A stretch of 34,927 nucleotides of DNA from Sphingobacteriaceae bacterium (GCA_947460275.1 CANHHZ010000001.1:1-34927), one strand, 5' to 3'; shown: positions 10,236 through 19,545, numbered from the stretch's first letter. Notes: a model not told the origin generated them from the sequence alone. Numbers and translations: made by a program.

Positions 10236-13200
10236 TTATTGTGGCCCAAAAAATTGTTCAAATTTGCTATACAACTGATTATATTTGTTATCCACAAAAG
10301 TTGCAGTTTTAGTTTGCTTGTATTGTTTGGCTATTTTTGCCATAGGCTCTAAGCCATAGGCTAAGCCTATTCTTATATTTCTATCTCCAATGAGTTGCTT
10401 TTTGCTTCTAGAAATATCTGCCAAATAGTTGAGCTCCTTGGCTACGTAATCGGTATAAGCCTCAATTAATCTATTCGCTTTTTCCGTTTCACCTAAAGTA
10501 TAAAGGTTATTTGCCATTTCAGGAACAGCCATCACCATCCTTAAGCTATAGATTTTGCTAGGCATCACCTCGTAATATTTATGAACTACTTTCTTAGCAT
10601 CAGCATAATTTCCTTCTTTAATTAAGCCAGAAATTAAGTTGTTAAAAAGGTTATTAAATATAGAAACATCATCAGTTGATTGAGAATCTAAATAAGTAGC
10701 ATTTTTTATATTTCCCCACTTAAATTTATCCATCACATTTGTGTACATGGGCTTGATATTGATTGGCTGTTCGCCTGTGTTAGCATCTTCAGCTATTTGC
10801 TGGTGTTGTAACGGGAGCAAGCGAGAAGCCAAGCCTTCGGTGTACAAATAGTTATCTAATCCATTAAACTGCTCTGAAGGCACGGTGGTGCAGAAATAAA
10901 TAGGTCTTTTCCAGTTGTTATGTGCTATAATATCGAGCATAGCTAAGGTTCCTTTGGTTACATATCCTTTGTTGTATTTCCATTCCATTGCTGGTATAAT
11001 TTTAGCACTGTCGGCTAGCGCTACAGTACCAGTGGTCAATACATCTTTACGATTTACCGTAAGTTTAAAGTTTTTTGTAGGAATGAAATTAGCCTTTGTT
11101 CCATCTTCTAGGTCTAATTGAGCCTCTGGGTTTTCAGAAAGTAAGAAATCCACAATGTCTTTAAGTTCTACAGCTTCTTTTACATTATAGTCTTTAAAAT
11201 ACATCACGTCTCTTACGCCGGAAACATATTGATCAGGTTTCATGGTAATTGGTAAAGGATCAGATTGATGCACTTTTCGTCGCATACCATTAATGTACCA
11301 ATCCGTATCAAATAAGCTTAAGTTTACCAAACGTATATCAGGGCGTATGTTTTCTACTTCTTGCGCATACCAAAGCGGATAAGTGTCATTATCTCCGTAG
11401 GTAAATAAAATGGCATTTGGTGCGCACGATTCTAGGTAGCTTACGGCAATGTCATGCGCTACCATTTTTTCAGAACGATTATGGTCATCCCATCCCTGAC
11501 TAGCCATTAACACTGGAGCTGCACCCAAGCCAATTACGGTAGCACCAATGGCTGCTGTTTTGATGTTCAATTTGTTAAATAGCCATTCTTTGATGGCCAG
11601 CACACCTAAGCCAATCCAAATGGCAAAGGCATAGAACGAACCCACATAAGCGTAATCTCTTTCTCTAGGCTCTAAAGGCTTTTGGTTCAAATATAATACA
11701 ATGGCTAAGCCCGTACAAAAGAACAATAAACCGATAATTCCAGCATCTTTTTGTCGGCGTTTAAAGTGCCAAAGTGCACCCAATACGCCTAAAATTAGTG
11801 GTAAAAAGAAAAATCTGTTGTAAGATTTGCTTTCAGAAATTGATGGAGGTAAATGGCTTTGATCACCTAAAAACATGGCGTCTACGGGTTTCACGCCGCT
11901 CAGCCATTGCCCTTCATAGGTGCTTCCTTGTCCTTGTTCTTCATTTTGTCTACCAACAAAGTTCCACATGAAATAGCGCATATACATAAATCCTACTTGA
12001 TAGCGAGCAAAGAAGCCCACGTTATCAAGCGTTGTTGGAAAATGGGTTTCCTCAAAACCCATCATGTCTTTGTAATATTCTATATGCCTTTGGTCGTCGC
12101 TATACATTCTAGGAAACAAAACCTCGTGCTGCAAACGACGGATACTGTCCGGGAAATTTTCATTTTCGCCGTAAACTTCTTTAGATTTTTTTCCAGCAAT
12201 TTCATATTTTGTTGCACCTTTTCTATAAATGTTACCTGTTTCTACCCTAACTGGTCTGTTGCCATCTTCATTGTATTTTGGAATGGTGTTATAGTTTGGA
12301 CCAACTAATAAGGGCCTATCGCCGTACTGTTCGCGATTTAGATAGCTCAAGAATGAAAAGGCATTGTCTGGGTCGCTGTTATTTAAATTTGGCTTAGCTT
12401 GTGCCCTAATAATAATCATGGCAAAAGAGCAATAACCAAAAATAACCAATACAGTAGACAGCAGTGCTAAATTTAAAATTCTTTTTTGATGTTTAATTGA
12501 ATAACGTATCCCTAGAACTAAGGCTAAAATTAATAAAACAACAAAGAAAAGTACACCCGTTCCAAAACCAAGACCTAAGGTGTTTACAAAGAATAAATCG
12601 AAATAAGCACCAAAAGAAACTAGATATTGGATAATGCCATATTGTATAACGGCTAAAATTAAAATGCCAATTCCTAAAGTTTTAAATACACCAAGCGAAG
12701 TAGCTTGTTTTGTTTTTTTGAAATAATAAACAAAAGCAATAGCAGGTATGGTTAGGAGGTTAAGTAAGTGGATGCCAATAGAAAGGCCCATAATGTAAGC
12801 AATAAACAACAGCCACCTGTCAGCCTTTGGTTCGTCGGCTACCGCCTCCCATTTTAAAATTGCCCAAAATACGATGGCAGTAAATAATGAAGAAAGTGCA
12901 TAAACTTCAGATTCTACGGCAGAGAACCAAAAACTATCAGAAAAAGTATAAGCCAAAGCGCCAACAGCGCCAGCACCCATTATACTAATTAAAGTGGGGG
13001 CACTTATTTCTTCCTCTCGTTTTACTAAAATCTTTTTAGCCAAAGCAGTAATGGTCCAAAATAGAAATAGAATAGTGGCTCCACTGGCAATGGCCGAACC
13101 CACATTCATAAAATAAGCTACCTTAGTAACATCACCCAGGGCAAAAAGAGAAAAGAAGCGCTGTATCATTAAAAATAAAGGTGCACCAGGCTGGTGTACT

Positions 13201-13340
13201 ACTTGCATTTTTAACGCTGAGGCGATAAACTCGCCGCAATCCCAAAAGCTCACCGAAGGTTCGAGGGTTAAAATATAAGTTGAGGTGGCAATCAAAAAGC
13301 AAAGCCAGCCTACAATGTTGTTTATTTTTGAATATTTCAT
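10236..13340 (-). CDS. DUF2723 / TMEM260-like multi-pass GT-C glycosyltransferase-family membrane protein
   Basis: SFWDCGEFI, HQPGAPLF, SFWFSAVESEVY, EPRERDYAYVGSF, GDNDTYPLWY motifs; many TM helices plus a C-terminal periplasmic helical domain. Confidence 0.88.
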   Translation of the reverse strand: MKYSKINNIVGWLCFLIATSTYILTLEPSVSFWDCGEFIASALKMQVVHQPGAPLFLMIQRFFSLFALGDVTKVAYFMNVGSAIASGATILFLFWTITALAKKILVKREEEISAPTLISIMGAGAVGALAYTFSDSFWFSAVESEVYALSSLFTAIVFWAILKWEAVADEPKADRWLLFIAYIMGLSIGIHLLNLLTIPAIAFVYYFKKTKQATSLGVFKTLGIGILILAVIQYGIIQYLVSFGAYFDLFFVNTLGLGFGTGVLFFVVLLILALVLGIRYSIKHQKRILNLALLSTVLVIFGYCSFAMIIIRAQAKPNLNNSDPDNAFSFLSYLNREQYGDRPLLVGPNYNTIPKYNEDGNRPVRVETGNIYRKGATKYEIAGKKSKEVYGENENFPDSIRRLQHEVLFPRMYSDDQRHIEYYKDMMGFEETHFPTTLDNVGFFARYQVGFMYMRYFMWNFVGRQNEEQGQGSTYEGQWLSGVKPVDAMFLGDQSHLPPSISESKSYNRFFFLPLILGVLGALWHFKRRQKDAGIIGLLFFCTGLAIVLYLNQKPLEPRERDYAYVGSFYAFAIWIGLGVLAIKEWLFNKLNIKTAAIGATVIGLGAAPVLMASQGWDDHNRSEKMVAHDIAVSYLESCAPNAILFTYGDNDTYPLWYAQEVENIRPDIRLVNLSLFDTDWYINGMRRKVHQSDPLPITMKPDQYVSGVRDVMYFKDYNVKEAVELKDIVDFLLSENPEAQLDLEDGTKANFIPTKNFKLTVNRKDVLTTGTVALADSAKIIPAMEWKYNKGYVTKGTLAMLDIIAHNNWKRPIYFCTTVPSEQFNGLDNYLYTEGLASRLLPLQHQQIAEDANTGEQPINIKPMYTNVMDKFKWGNIKNATYLDSQSTDDVSIFNNLFNNLISGLIKEGNYADAKKVVHKYYEVMPSKIYSLRMVMAVPEMANNLYTLGETEKANRLIEAYTDYVAKELNYLADISRSKKQLIGDRNIRIGLAYGLEPMAKIAKQYKQTKTATFVDNKYNQLYSKFEQFFGPQ

Positions 13341-13506
13341 TTTAAAAATGGGATATAATAAATAAGCTTACGCATAAAAATGCAGCCGAAAATAATCAAA
13401 TAGATTGATATATAGCTAAATATTTTTTAGCTTTTAACAAAAATTAACGCTTTATATGGGGTTTAAATTATGTTTTACAATTATTTTAACTTTTTTTTAA
13501 TTGGCG

Positions 13507-13537
13507 CTTGCAGATACAAAAAATGTGCTTAAATTTG
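13507..13537 (+). promoter_or_regulatory. Sigma-A promoter for tRNA-Gln (cTTG-19 nt-TAAATTTG)
   Basis: -33-like CTTG 13507-13510 and -7 TAAATTTG 13530-13537 with canonical spacing. Confidence 0.7.
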
Positions 13538-13571
13538 CATTCCATTTCAGAACAACAGTTCGATGGAAGAT

Positions 13572-13642
13572 TGTCCGATAGTATAAGGGTAGTACAACGG
13601 TTTTTGGTACCGTTTGTCTTGGTTCGAATCCAGGTCGGACAA
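13572..13642 (+). tRNA. tRNA-Gln(TTG), CCA not encoded
   Basis: Acceptor TGTCCGA/TCGGACA; anticodon arm ACGGT-TTTTGGT-ACCGT; T arm CTTGG-TTCGAAT-CCAGG. Confidence 0.95.
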
Positions 13643-13651
13643 CAATTTTTT

Positions 13652-13687
13652 TCGGATTGTGAACAAAAGCGCAATCCGATTTTTTTT
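13652..13687 (+). terminator. Intrinsic terminator-like hairpin between tRNA-Gln and prs
   Basis: TCGGATTGTG-aacaaaag-CGCAATCCGA followed by T8. Confidence 0.7.
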
Positions 13688-13711
13688 AACCAGCATTGAT
13701 CCCCTTAAATC

Positions 13712-14653
13712 ATGCCATTGCAATTTAACCCAGTTAAAATTTTTGCCGGAAGCGGTTCAAAAGATTTAGCGAAAAAAATTGCCGAAGCTTACGGCAAACC
13801 ACTAGGAGACGTAACTTTAAGTCGGTTTAGCGATGGCGAGTTTCAGCCTTCTTATGATGAAACTGTAAGAGGATGTGATTTGTTTTTAATCCAATCTACT
13901 TGTCAGCCAAACGATAACTTATTTGAACTGCTGCTAATGATTGATGCGGCCAAAAGAGCATCGGCTCACTATATTACCGCTGTTGTACCTTATTATGGTT
14001 TGGCCCGTCAAGATCGAAAAGATAAACCAAGGGTGGCAATAGGGGCGAAATTAGTAGCTAATTTACTAAAATCGGCAGGCATACATCGCATCATGACCAT
14101 GGATTTGCACGCCGCACAGATACAAGGCTTTTTTGATATTCCAGTCGACCACCTTGATGGCTCTGTAATATTTGTACCTTATATCAAAAGCTTAGGCTTA
14201 GAAAACTTGACCATTGCTTCGCCAGACATGGGCGGTTCTTATAGGGCTCGTACCTTTGCGAAGTTTTTTAATGCAGAGGTGGTAATTTGTGATAAACGCC
14301 GTAAACGTGCCAACGAAATCGAATCGATGTCGATTATTGGAGATGTTACTGGGCAAGATATAGTGCTAATTGATGATATTTGCGATACAGCAGGAACTTT
14401 AGCTAAAGCAGCAGCTTTAATTATGGAAAACGGCGCTAAAAGTGTAAGAGCGGTTTGTACGCATGCTATTTTATCTGGTAACGCTTACGATACTATAGAA
14501 AACTCGATGTTAGCTGAGTTAATTGTAACAGATACAATTCCATTAAAACATCAGAGTAATAAAATAAAGGTGCTAAGTACAGCCAGTTTATTTGCAAAGG
14601 CAATTGCCAATGTTAACGAACACGGTTCAATTAGCGACCTGTTTAAAGTGTAA
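13712..14653 (+). CDS. prs: Ribose-phosphate pyrophosphokinase
   Basis: RFSDGE, PYYGLARQDRK, MDLHAAQIQGFFDIPVD, IDDICDTAGT. Confidence 0.97.
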   Translation: MPLQFNPVKIFAGSGSKDLAKKIAEAYGKPLGDVTLSRFSDGEFQPSYDETVRGCDLFLIQSTCQPNDNLFELLLMIDAAKRASAHYITAVVPYYGLARQDRKDKPRVAIGAKLVANLLKSAGIHRIMTMDLHAAQIQGFFDIPVDHLDGSVIFVPYIKSLGLENLTIASPDMGGSYRARTFAKFFNAEVVICDKRRKRANEIESMSIIGDVTGQDIVLIDDICDTAGTLAKAAALIMENGAKSVRAVCTHAILSGNAYDTIENSMLAELIVTDTIPLKHQSNKIKVLSTASLFAKAIANVNEHGSISDLFKV

Positions 14654-14778
14654 ATAAAAGACTAAGAAACAAAGAGCAAAGATGAGCTGTTGGTTGTAAC
14701 AATCCTTAACATTGATGCTCCAAACTAAATACTAACATCTAACTACTACTAGAATATTAACAATTTAAATACATAAAA

Positions 14779-15357
14779 ATGAAAACAATCGCAATTAGCG
14801 GTTCTCTAAGAGAGAACGTAGGGAAACGCGATGCTAAAGAGCTTCGCTATCAAGGTAAAGTTCCTGCAGTATTGTATGGTGGTAAAGAACAAGTGCATTT
14901 TGCAGTAAACATTAAAGACTTGAACGCAGCTATCTACACCCCAGAGGCAAACTTTTTAGAAATCGCCATTGGTGGTACAAAAACTAAAGCCGTAATCAAA
15001 GAAGCACAATTTCATCCATTAACAGATTTATTAATCCACGTAGATTTTCTTCAATTATTTGATGATAAAGAAATCACTATGGAAATTCCTGTTAAATTAA
15101 CCGGAACTTCTCCAGGTGTAAAAATGGGGGGTAAATTAGTTCAAAAATTACGTAAACTACGTGTAAGATCGTTACCAAAAAACATGCCTCAAGTAGTAGA
15201 GGCTAGCATTGCTCAATTAGAAGTAGGAAATTTATTCCGCGTTCGTGATTTGCAAGCTGGTAATTATGTAGTGACGAATACTCCTGAAGATACCATTGTT
15301 TCTGTAGGTATGTCTAGAGCATTAAAACAAGCAGAAAATGATGCAAAAGGTAAATAA
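14779..15357 (+). CDS. rplY: 50S ribosomal protein L25 / Ctc (long form)
   Basis: LRYQGKVPAVLYGG, QFHPLTDLLIHVDF, GVKMGG. Confidence 0.96.
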   Translation: MKTIAISGSLRENVGKRDAKELRYQGKVPAVLYGGKEQVHFAVNIKDLNAAIYTPEANFLEIAIGGTKTKAVIKEAQFHPLTDLLIHVDFLQLFDDKEITMEIPVKLTGTSPGVKMGGKLVQKLRKLRVRSLPKNMPQVVEASIAQLEVGNLFRVRDLQAGNYVVTNTPEDTIVSVGMSRALKQAENDAKGK

Positions 15358-15378
15358 TACCTGATTGCTTTAAATGAT

Positions 15379-15412
15379 AAACGGCGCAAAATTTATTTTG
15401 CGCCGTTTTTTT
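15379..15412 (+). terminator. Intrinsic terminator after rplY
   Basis: AAACGGCGCAAAAT-tt-ATTTTGCGCCGTTT with T-tract. Confidence 0.85.
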
Positions 15413-15448
15413 ATGCATAAATTGTATTTTAGTAAACCAAATGGCAAG

Positions 15449-17575
15449 ATGTACTACAAAAAATACTTTTTAATTTTATGCTTACTTAATTGTTTGGGTA
15501 AGCTAAATGCGCAAAATAAGATTTATGACACCATAGCAGAACGTATAGCTATCGATCTGCAATGGGGTGTTAATGACCAGGAATTGGCCAGTCGGATTGA
15601 CAATAACTGGTCTAAACTAGCAGCAGACGGCAGCTGGATAGACATCAATTACAACGATGCTAAATTTGATCCATTGGTTAGGATAAAGGAAATGGCAATT
15701 GCTTACGTCAGGCCATCAAATCGGTTTTATCATTCACAAAAAGTACAGCTCTTATTGGTTAAATCTTTACAAAATTGGGCGGATAAAAATCCGAAGAACA
15801 AAAATTGGTGGTACAATGATATTTTTTATCCACAAAATATTGGACAAATTTTGGTGCTCTTACAGCAAAACACCAAAGCCCTTCCTAGTGAGCTAAAAGC
15901 TATTTTAATAAGTCGTATGCAACGAAAAATGCGTGAAAACGATGGGGCTAATACATCTGATATCGCTTTGCATTACTTGTATCGGGCTTGTGTGACCGAA
16001 AACAAATCTACCTTAGATTCGGCTACAACTTATTTATACCAACCCATAACCCTATCAAATGGCAAAGAAGGTGTGCAAATAGATGGCAGTTATTATCAAC
16101 ACGGCAAACAACAGGCCATTGGTAGTTACGGGCGTGTGTTTCTTTCAAACGCTGTTAATGCAACATTTTATCTGCGCAATACCCCATATGCCTTACCCGA
16201 AAAAAAGTTGGAAATTTTAATCGATTTTTTTAAAAATACCTTTGCTAAAACCATCAGAGGCACTTATTATGATTTTAATGTGCGTGGTAGAGGGATCAGT
16301 CGCAAAGATTCGTTAAGAAGCGGATTGGAAAGCATTATCAATAAAATGAGCACAATTAATGCCGAAAACAATAACTATTGGAATGCGCTTGCCCTACGGG
16401 TTACAAATCAAAAGCCTGCTGCATATCAAATTGTTTCTTCCCATACTTTTTATTGGAAATCAGGTTATACACTACATGTTGCACCCGAATATACTTTTAG
16501 TGTGCAAACAGCCTCAACCCGAACCTTGAGAACAGAAAGAGGAAACAACGAAAATATTTTAGGAAATTTTTTGGCCGATGGTGCTACCAATATTCAGCGT
16601 ACAGGCAGCGAATATGCCAATATAATGCCTGTTTGGGAATGGGATAAAATTCCAGGGACTACGAATAGAGATTATTTAGCAGATGAAGGCGCAACGGTTA
16701 AAAAAGATTGGGGTATACCCGGTACAACCGATTTTGTAGGTGGACTTAGCGACGGAAAATACGGTGTTTCGGCCTATCATCTAAATAGCGATAGTGTAGA
16801 GGCTAAAAAAGCATGGTTTTTTTTCGACAAAGAAATAGTTTGCTTAGGAGCCGGCATCACCAGCAATACAGCACAGCCAATTGTAACCACCATCAACCAA
16901 TCGTGGCTTAGGAGTGAGGTATCCGTTGCCATGCAAAACAACTCTAATGTGCTGTTGCCCAACATCCAAGTGGCTTATAAAAATGCAACAGCAGTAAGCC
17001 ATGACAGCATAAGTTACTTTTTTCCGTTAAATCAGAACTTGGTTGTGGCCAACCAAATCCAAGCCGGTAATTGGTACCGTATCAATAATTTTCAACCTAA
17101 AGAGGAAAGGAGTGGCGAAGTATTTAAACTATGGATTGACCATGGTATCAAACCCACAAATGCAGCTTATCAGTACATTGTTGTGCCTGGTTCTCAAAAA
17201 TCATCAATTTTTAAAAACTATCCGTTTAACAACTTACAGATTTTGCAAAACACGCCCAATTTGCAAGTGGTTATGCACAAAAAATTGGGGCTACTACAAA
17301 TGGTTTTTTATGCGCCAGATTCGTTCGTTTATAATGGTATGACTATAAAGGTTGATAAACCTTGTGTGCTGCAAATTAACGATTTTGAGAGTGCAAACGC
17401 AATACTTTTTATAGCCGACCCCACCCAAAAAAGCAACGAAATAAATTTAGAATTAAAACTCCCAAAATATTCAACAAAATTTAAATTAACTTGCCCCTTG
17501 CCAGATGCCGAATTTGCGGGAAAAACGGTTAAATTCAAATTAGAAAACAAAAATTTACAACATAAAAACAATTAA
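15449..17575 (+). CDS. Polysaccharide lyase family 8 (chondroitin AC / hyaluronate lyase-like), secreted
   Basis: NWWYNDI, GAN, QHGKQQAIGSYG (catalytic His/Tyr 9 residues apart), GRGISR, WEWDKIPGTT, AKKAWFFFDKEIVCLGAGI; ATG 15449 gives a signal peptide and avoids the rplY terminator. Confidence 0.92.
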   Translation: MYYKKYFLILCLLNCLGKLNAQNKIYDTIAERIAIDLQWGVNDQELASRIDNNWSKLAADGSWIDINYNDAKFDPLVRIKEMAIAYVRPSNRFYHSQKVQLLLVKSLQNWADKNPKNKNWWYNDIFYPQNIGQILVLLQQNTKALPSELKAILISRMQRKMRENDGANTSDIALHYLYRACVTENKSTLDSATTYLYQPITLSNGKEGVQIDGSYYQHGKQQAIGSYGRVFLSNAVNATFYLRNTPYALPEKKLEILIDFFKNTFAKTIRGTYYDFNVRGRGISRKDSLRSGLESIINKMSTINAENNNYWNALALRVTNQKPAAYQIVSSHTFYWKSGYTLHVAPEYTFSVQTASTRTLRTERGNNENILGNFLADGATNIQRTGSEYANIMPVWEWDKIPGTTNRDYLADEGATVKKDWGIPGTTDFVGGLSDGKYGVSAYHLNSDSVEAKKAWFFFDKEIVCLGAGITSNTAQPIVTTINQSWLRSEVSVAMQNNSNVLLPNIQVAYKNATAVSHDSISYFFPLNQNLVVANQIQAGNWYRINNFQPKEERSGEVFKLWIDHGIKPTNAAYQYIVVPGSQKSSIFKNYPFNNLQILQNTPNLQVVMHKKLGLLQMVFYAPDSFVYNGMTIKVDKPCVLQINDFESANAILFIADPTQKSNEINLELKLPKYSTKFKLTCPLPDAEFAGKTVKFKLENKNLQHKNN

Positions 17576-17576
17576 G

Positions 17577-18779
17577 ATGAAGAAATTAGGCTTAGCTATC
17601 ACATTGTACTTTTGGCTAGTGAATGGTATTGCTTTCGCACAAACGCAAAACGCCAATCCATTAAGCATGAAGCAGTTGATCAACGAGCAGTTCCAATTTG
17701 CAGCGGCACAATACAAACTTTTAGACAAAAATATACCCCAAGGTTTGACCCCGCAAAGTTTTGATGCCAAAACCGGAAAATCAATGAATAAAGATATCCA
17801 ATGGTGGTGTAGCGGGTTTTACGCGGGCAGTTTATGGTACATTTTCGAGCAAACTAACGATTTAATGATTAAGCAGCAGGCCGAAAACGCTTTGAAAGTA
17901 ATAGCGTCCAACCAAACTTACACCGGTAACCACGATTTAGGCTTCATGATGTATTGCAGTTTTGGCAATGCTTACCGATTAACCAATAATCCTGAGTATA
18001 AAAATATCATCAATCGCTCAGCCGAATCCTTATTTTCTCGCTATCGCCCCTCAATTAAAGCCATCCAATCATGGAACAAAAATAAATATTGGGAATGCCC
18101 AGTTATTGTAGATAACATGATGAACTTAGAAATGTTAAACTGGGTAAGCGATAATGGAGGCGACCCAAAATATAAAAAAACTTCTATTATACACGCTAAT
18201 ACCACATTGGCTAATCATTTTAGACCAGATTTTAGCTCTTATCACGTAGTTGATTACGATTTGAATACAGGCAAAGTAATTAAAAAAGCAACTTGGCAAG
18301 GTGCCGCAAATTCCTCGGCTTGGGCTAGGGGACAAGCTTGGGCATTATATGGTTACACCATGATGTACCGCTTTACCAAGGATGCCATTTATTTAAAGCA
18401 GGCCAATGGAATCGCAAAATTTATACTTAATCATCCAAATTTACCGTCAGATAAAATTCCTTATTGGGATTTCGACGCCCCATTTATGCCCGAAGCTAAA
18501 AGAGATGCTTCTGCTGGAGCCATTATGGCCTCGGCATTACTAGAGCTTGCCCAGTACGCACAAAAAGCGGATAAAATAACCTATAAAACTGCGGCAGAAA
18601 CAATAATAAATTCTCTTTCGAGCGATAAATATAGAGCCAAACAAGGCGAAAATGGAGGTTTTTTACTCATGCACAGCACCGGCGCATACCCTTTAAACAG
18701 CGAAATTGATGTGCCATTAATTTATGCCGATTATTATTTTTTAGAAGCTTTGATGAGATACAAAAACTGGTATTTGTAA
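17577..18779 (+). CDS. GH88 unsaturated glucuronyl hydrolase
   Basis: WCSGFYAG, HDLGF, IVDNMMNLE, WARGQAW, DASAGAI, YADYYFLEAL; signal peptide; 1 nt after the PL8 stop. Confidence 0.93.
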   Translation: MKKLGLAITLYFWLVNGIAFAQTQNANPLSMKQLINEQFQFAAAQYKLLDKNIPQGLTPQSFDAKTGKSMNKDIQWWCSGFYAGSLWYIFEQTNDLMIKQQAENALKVIASNQTYTGNHDLGFMMYCSFGNAYRLTNNPEYKNIINRSAESLFSRYRPSIKAIQSWNKNKYWECPVIVDNMMNLEMLNWVSDNGGDPKYKKTSIIHANTTLANHFRPDFSSYHVVDYDLNTGKVIKKATWQGAANSSAWARGQAWALYGYTMMYRFTKDAIYLKQANGIAKFILNHPNLPSDKIPYWDFDAPFMPEAKRDASAGAIMASALLELAQYAQKADKITYKTAAETIINSLSSDKYRAKQGENGGFLLMHSTGAYPLNSEIDVPLIYADYYFLEALMRYKNWYL

Positions 18780-18846
18780 TCAATAATTAAAATTTTTAGC
18801 AACACAAAAGGAATTTTGTGCCATTTTTTTGTTTTAAAATTACACC

Positions 18847-18888
18847 TTTTGCTCTTTTAGCTTTATTCTTTGGTCTTTTAGCTTTAAG
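18847..18888 (+). repeat. Heptamer tandem array (CTTTnnn)x6
   Basis: TTTTGCT CTTTTAG CTTTATT CTTTGGT CTTTTAG CTTTAAG. Confidence 0.65.
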
Positions 18889-18904
18889 CAATTAACTTAG
18901 CAAA

Positions 18905-19465
18905 ATGAAATATCTAATCGTTGGTTTAGGTAATATCGGGCCAGAATACGCACATACACGCCATAATATAGGCTTTGATATGGCTGATGTTTTGGTAAAT
19001 GACTTAGGTGGTGCCTTTGAGCTTTTGCGCTTAGCTTATTATGCTGAGGTTAGCTTTAAAGGCAAAAAGCTTTATGTGATAAAGCCTACCACTTTTATGA
19101 ATTTGAGCGGTAAGGCTGTAAATTATTGGATGAAAGAACTTAAAATTGCTCCCGAAAATGTATTGGTTTTGGTAGATGATTTGGCGCTTCCGCTTGGCAA
19201 ATTGCGCATGAAATTACAGGGCAGTAGCGCTGGGCACAATGGCTTAAAAAGCATAGAAGAACTTTGTGGCGGACAAGATTATGCCCGATTAAGATTTGGC
19301 ATTAGCGATAATTTTAGAAAAGGGCAGCAAGCCGAATATGTTTTGGGCTTGTTTGATAAAAATGAACAGAAAGAATTGCCCACCTTAATTAATAAAGGCG
19401 TAACCATGATCAAAAGCTTTGTCACCATCGGTCCCGCCCAAACCATGACACTTTTTAATAAGTAA
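18905..19465 (+). CDS. pth: Peptidyl-tRNA hydrolase
   Basis: LIVGLGNIG, TRHNIGF, KPTTFMNLSG, GHNGLKSI. Confidence 0.97.
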   Translation: MKYLIVGLGNIGPEYAHTRHNIGFDMADVLVNDLGGAFELLRLAYYAEVSFKGKKLYVIKPTTFMNLSGKAVNYWMKELKIAPENVLVLVDDLALPLGKLRMKLQGSSAGHNGLKSIEELCGGQDYARLRFGISDNFRKGQQAEYVLGLFDKNEQKELPTLINKGVTMIKSFVTIGPAQTMTLFNK

Positions 19466-19470
19466 ACTAG

Positions 19471-19545
19471 AACCCATCCTGTATTAACGGGACAGGCAAC
19501 CCATAACCCATCCCGTACCAACGGGACAAGCAACCCATAACTCAT
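19471..19545 (+). repeat. Two tandem 34-bp REP-like palindromic units embedded in AACCCAT heptamers
   Basis: 19471-19504 and 19505-19538 are 30/34 identical; core TCC(C/T)GT-n4-ACGGGACA(G/A)GC. Confidence 0.75.

Noticed and set aside
13572-13642. tRNA as an integration site for an island
   Set aside because: No duplicated tRNA 3' end or integrase seen; flanked by housekeeping genes
13486-13699. Two ~62-aa ORFs
   Set aside because: They overlap tRNA-Gln and its promoter and terminator
15374-15448. Upstream-extended starts in the ORF track (15374; also 4303, 7565, 9178, 20641, 23314)
   Set aside because: Extensions overlap terminators, promoters or neighbouring genes; downstream ATGs give normal N-termini or signal peptides
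19471-19538. Possible mini-CRISPR
   Set aside because: Only two abutting units, no spacers, no cas genes
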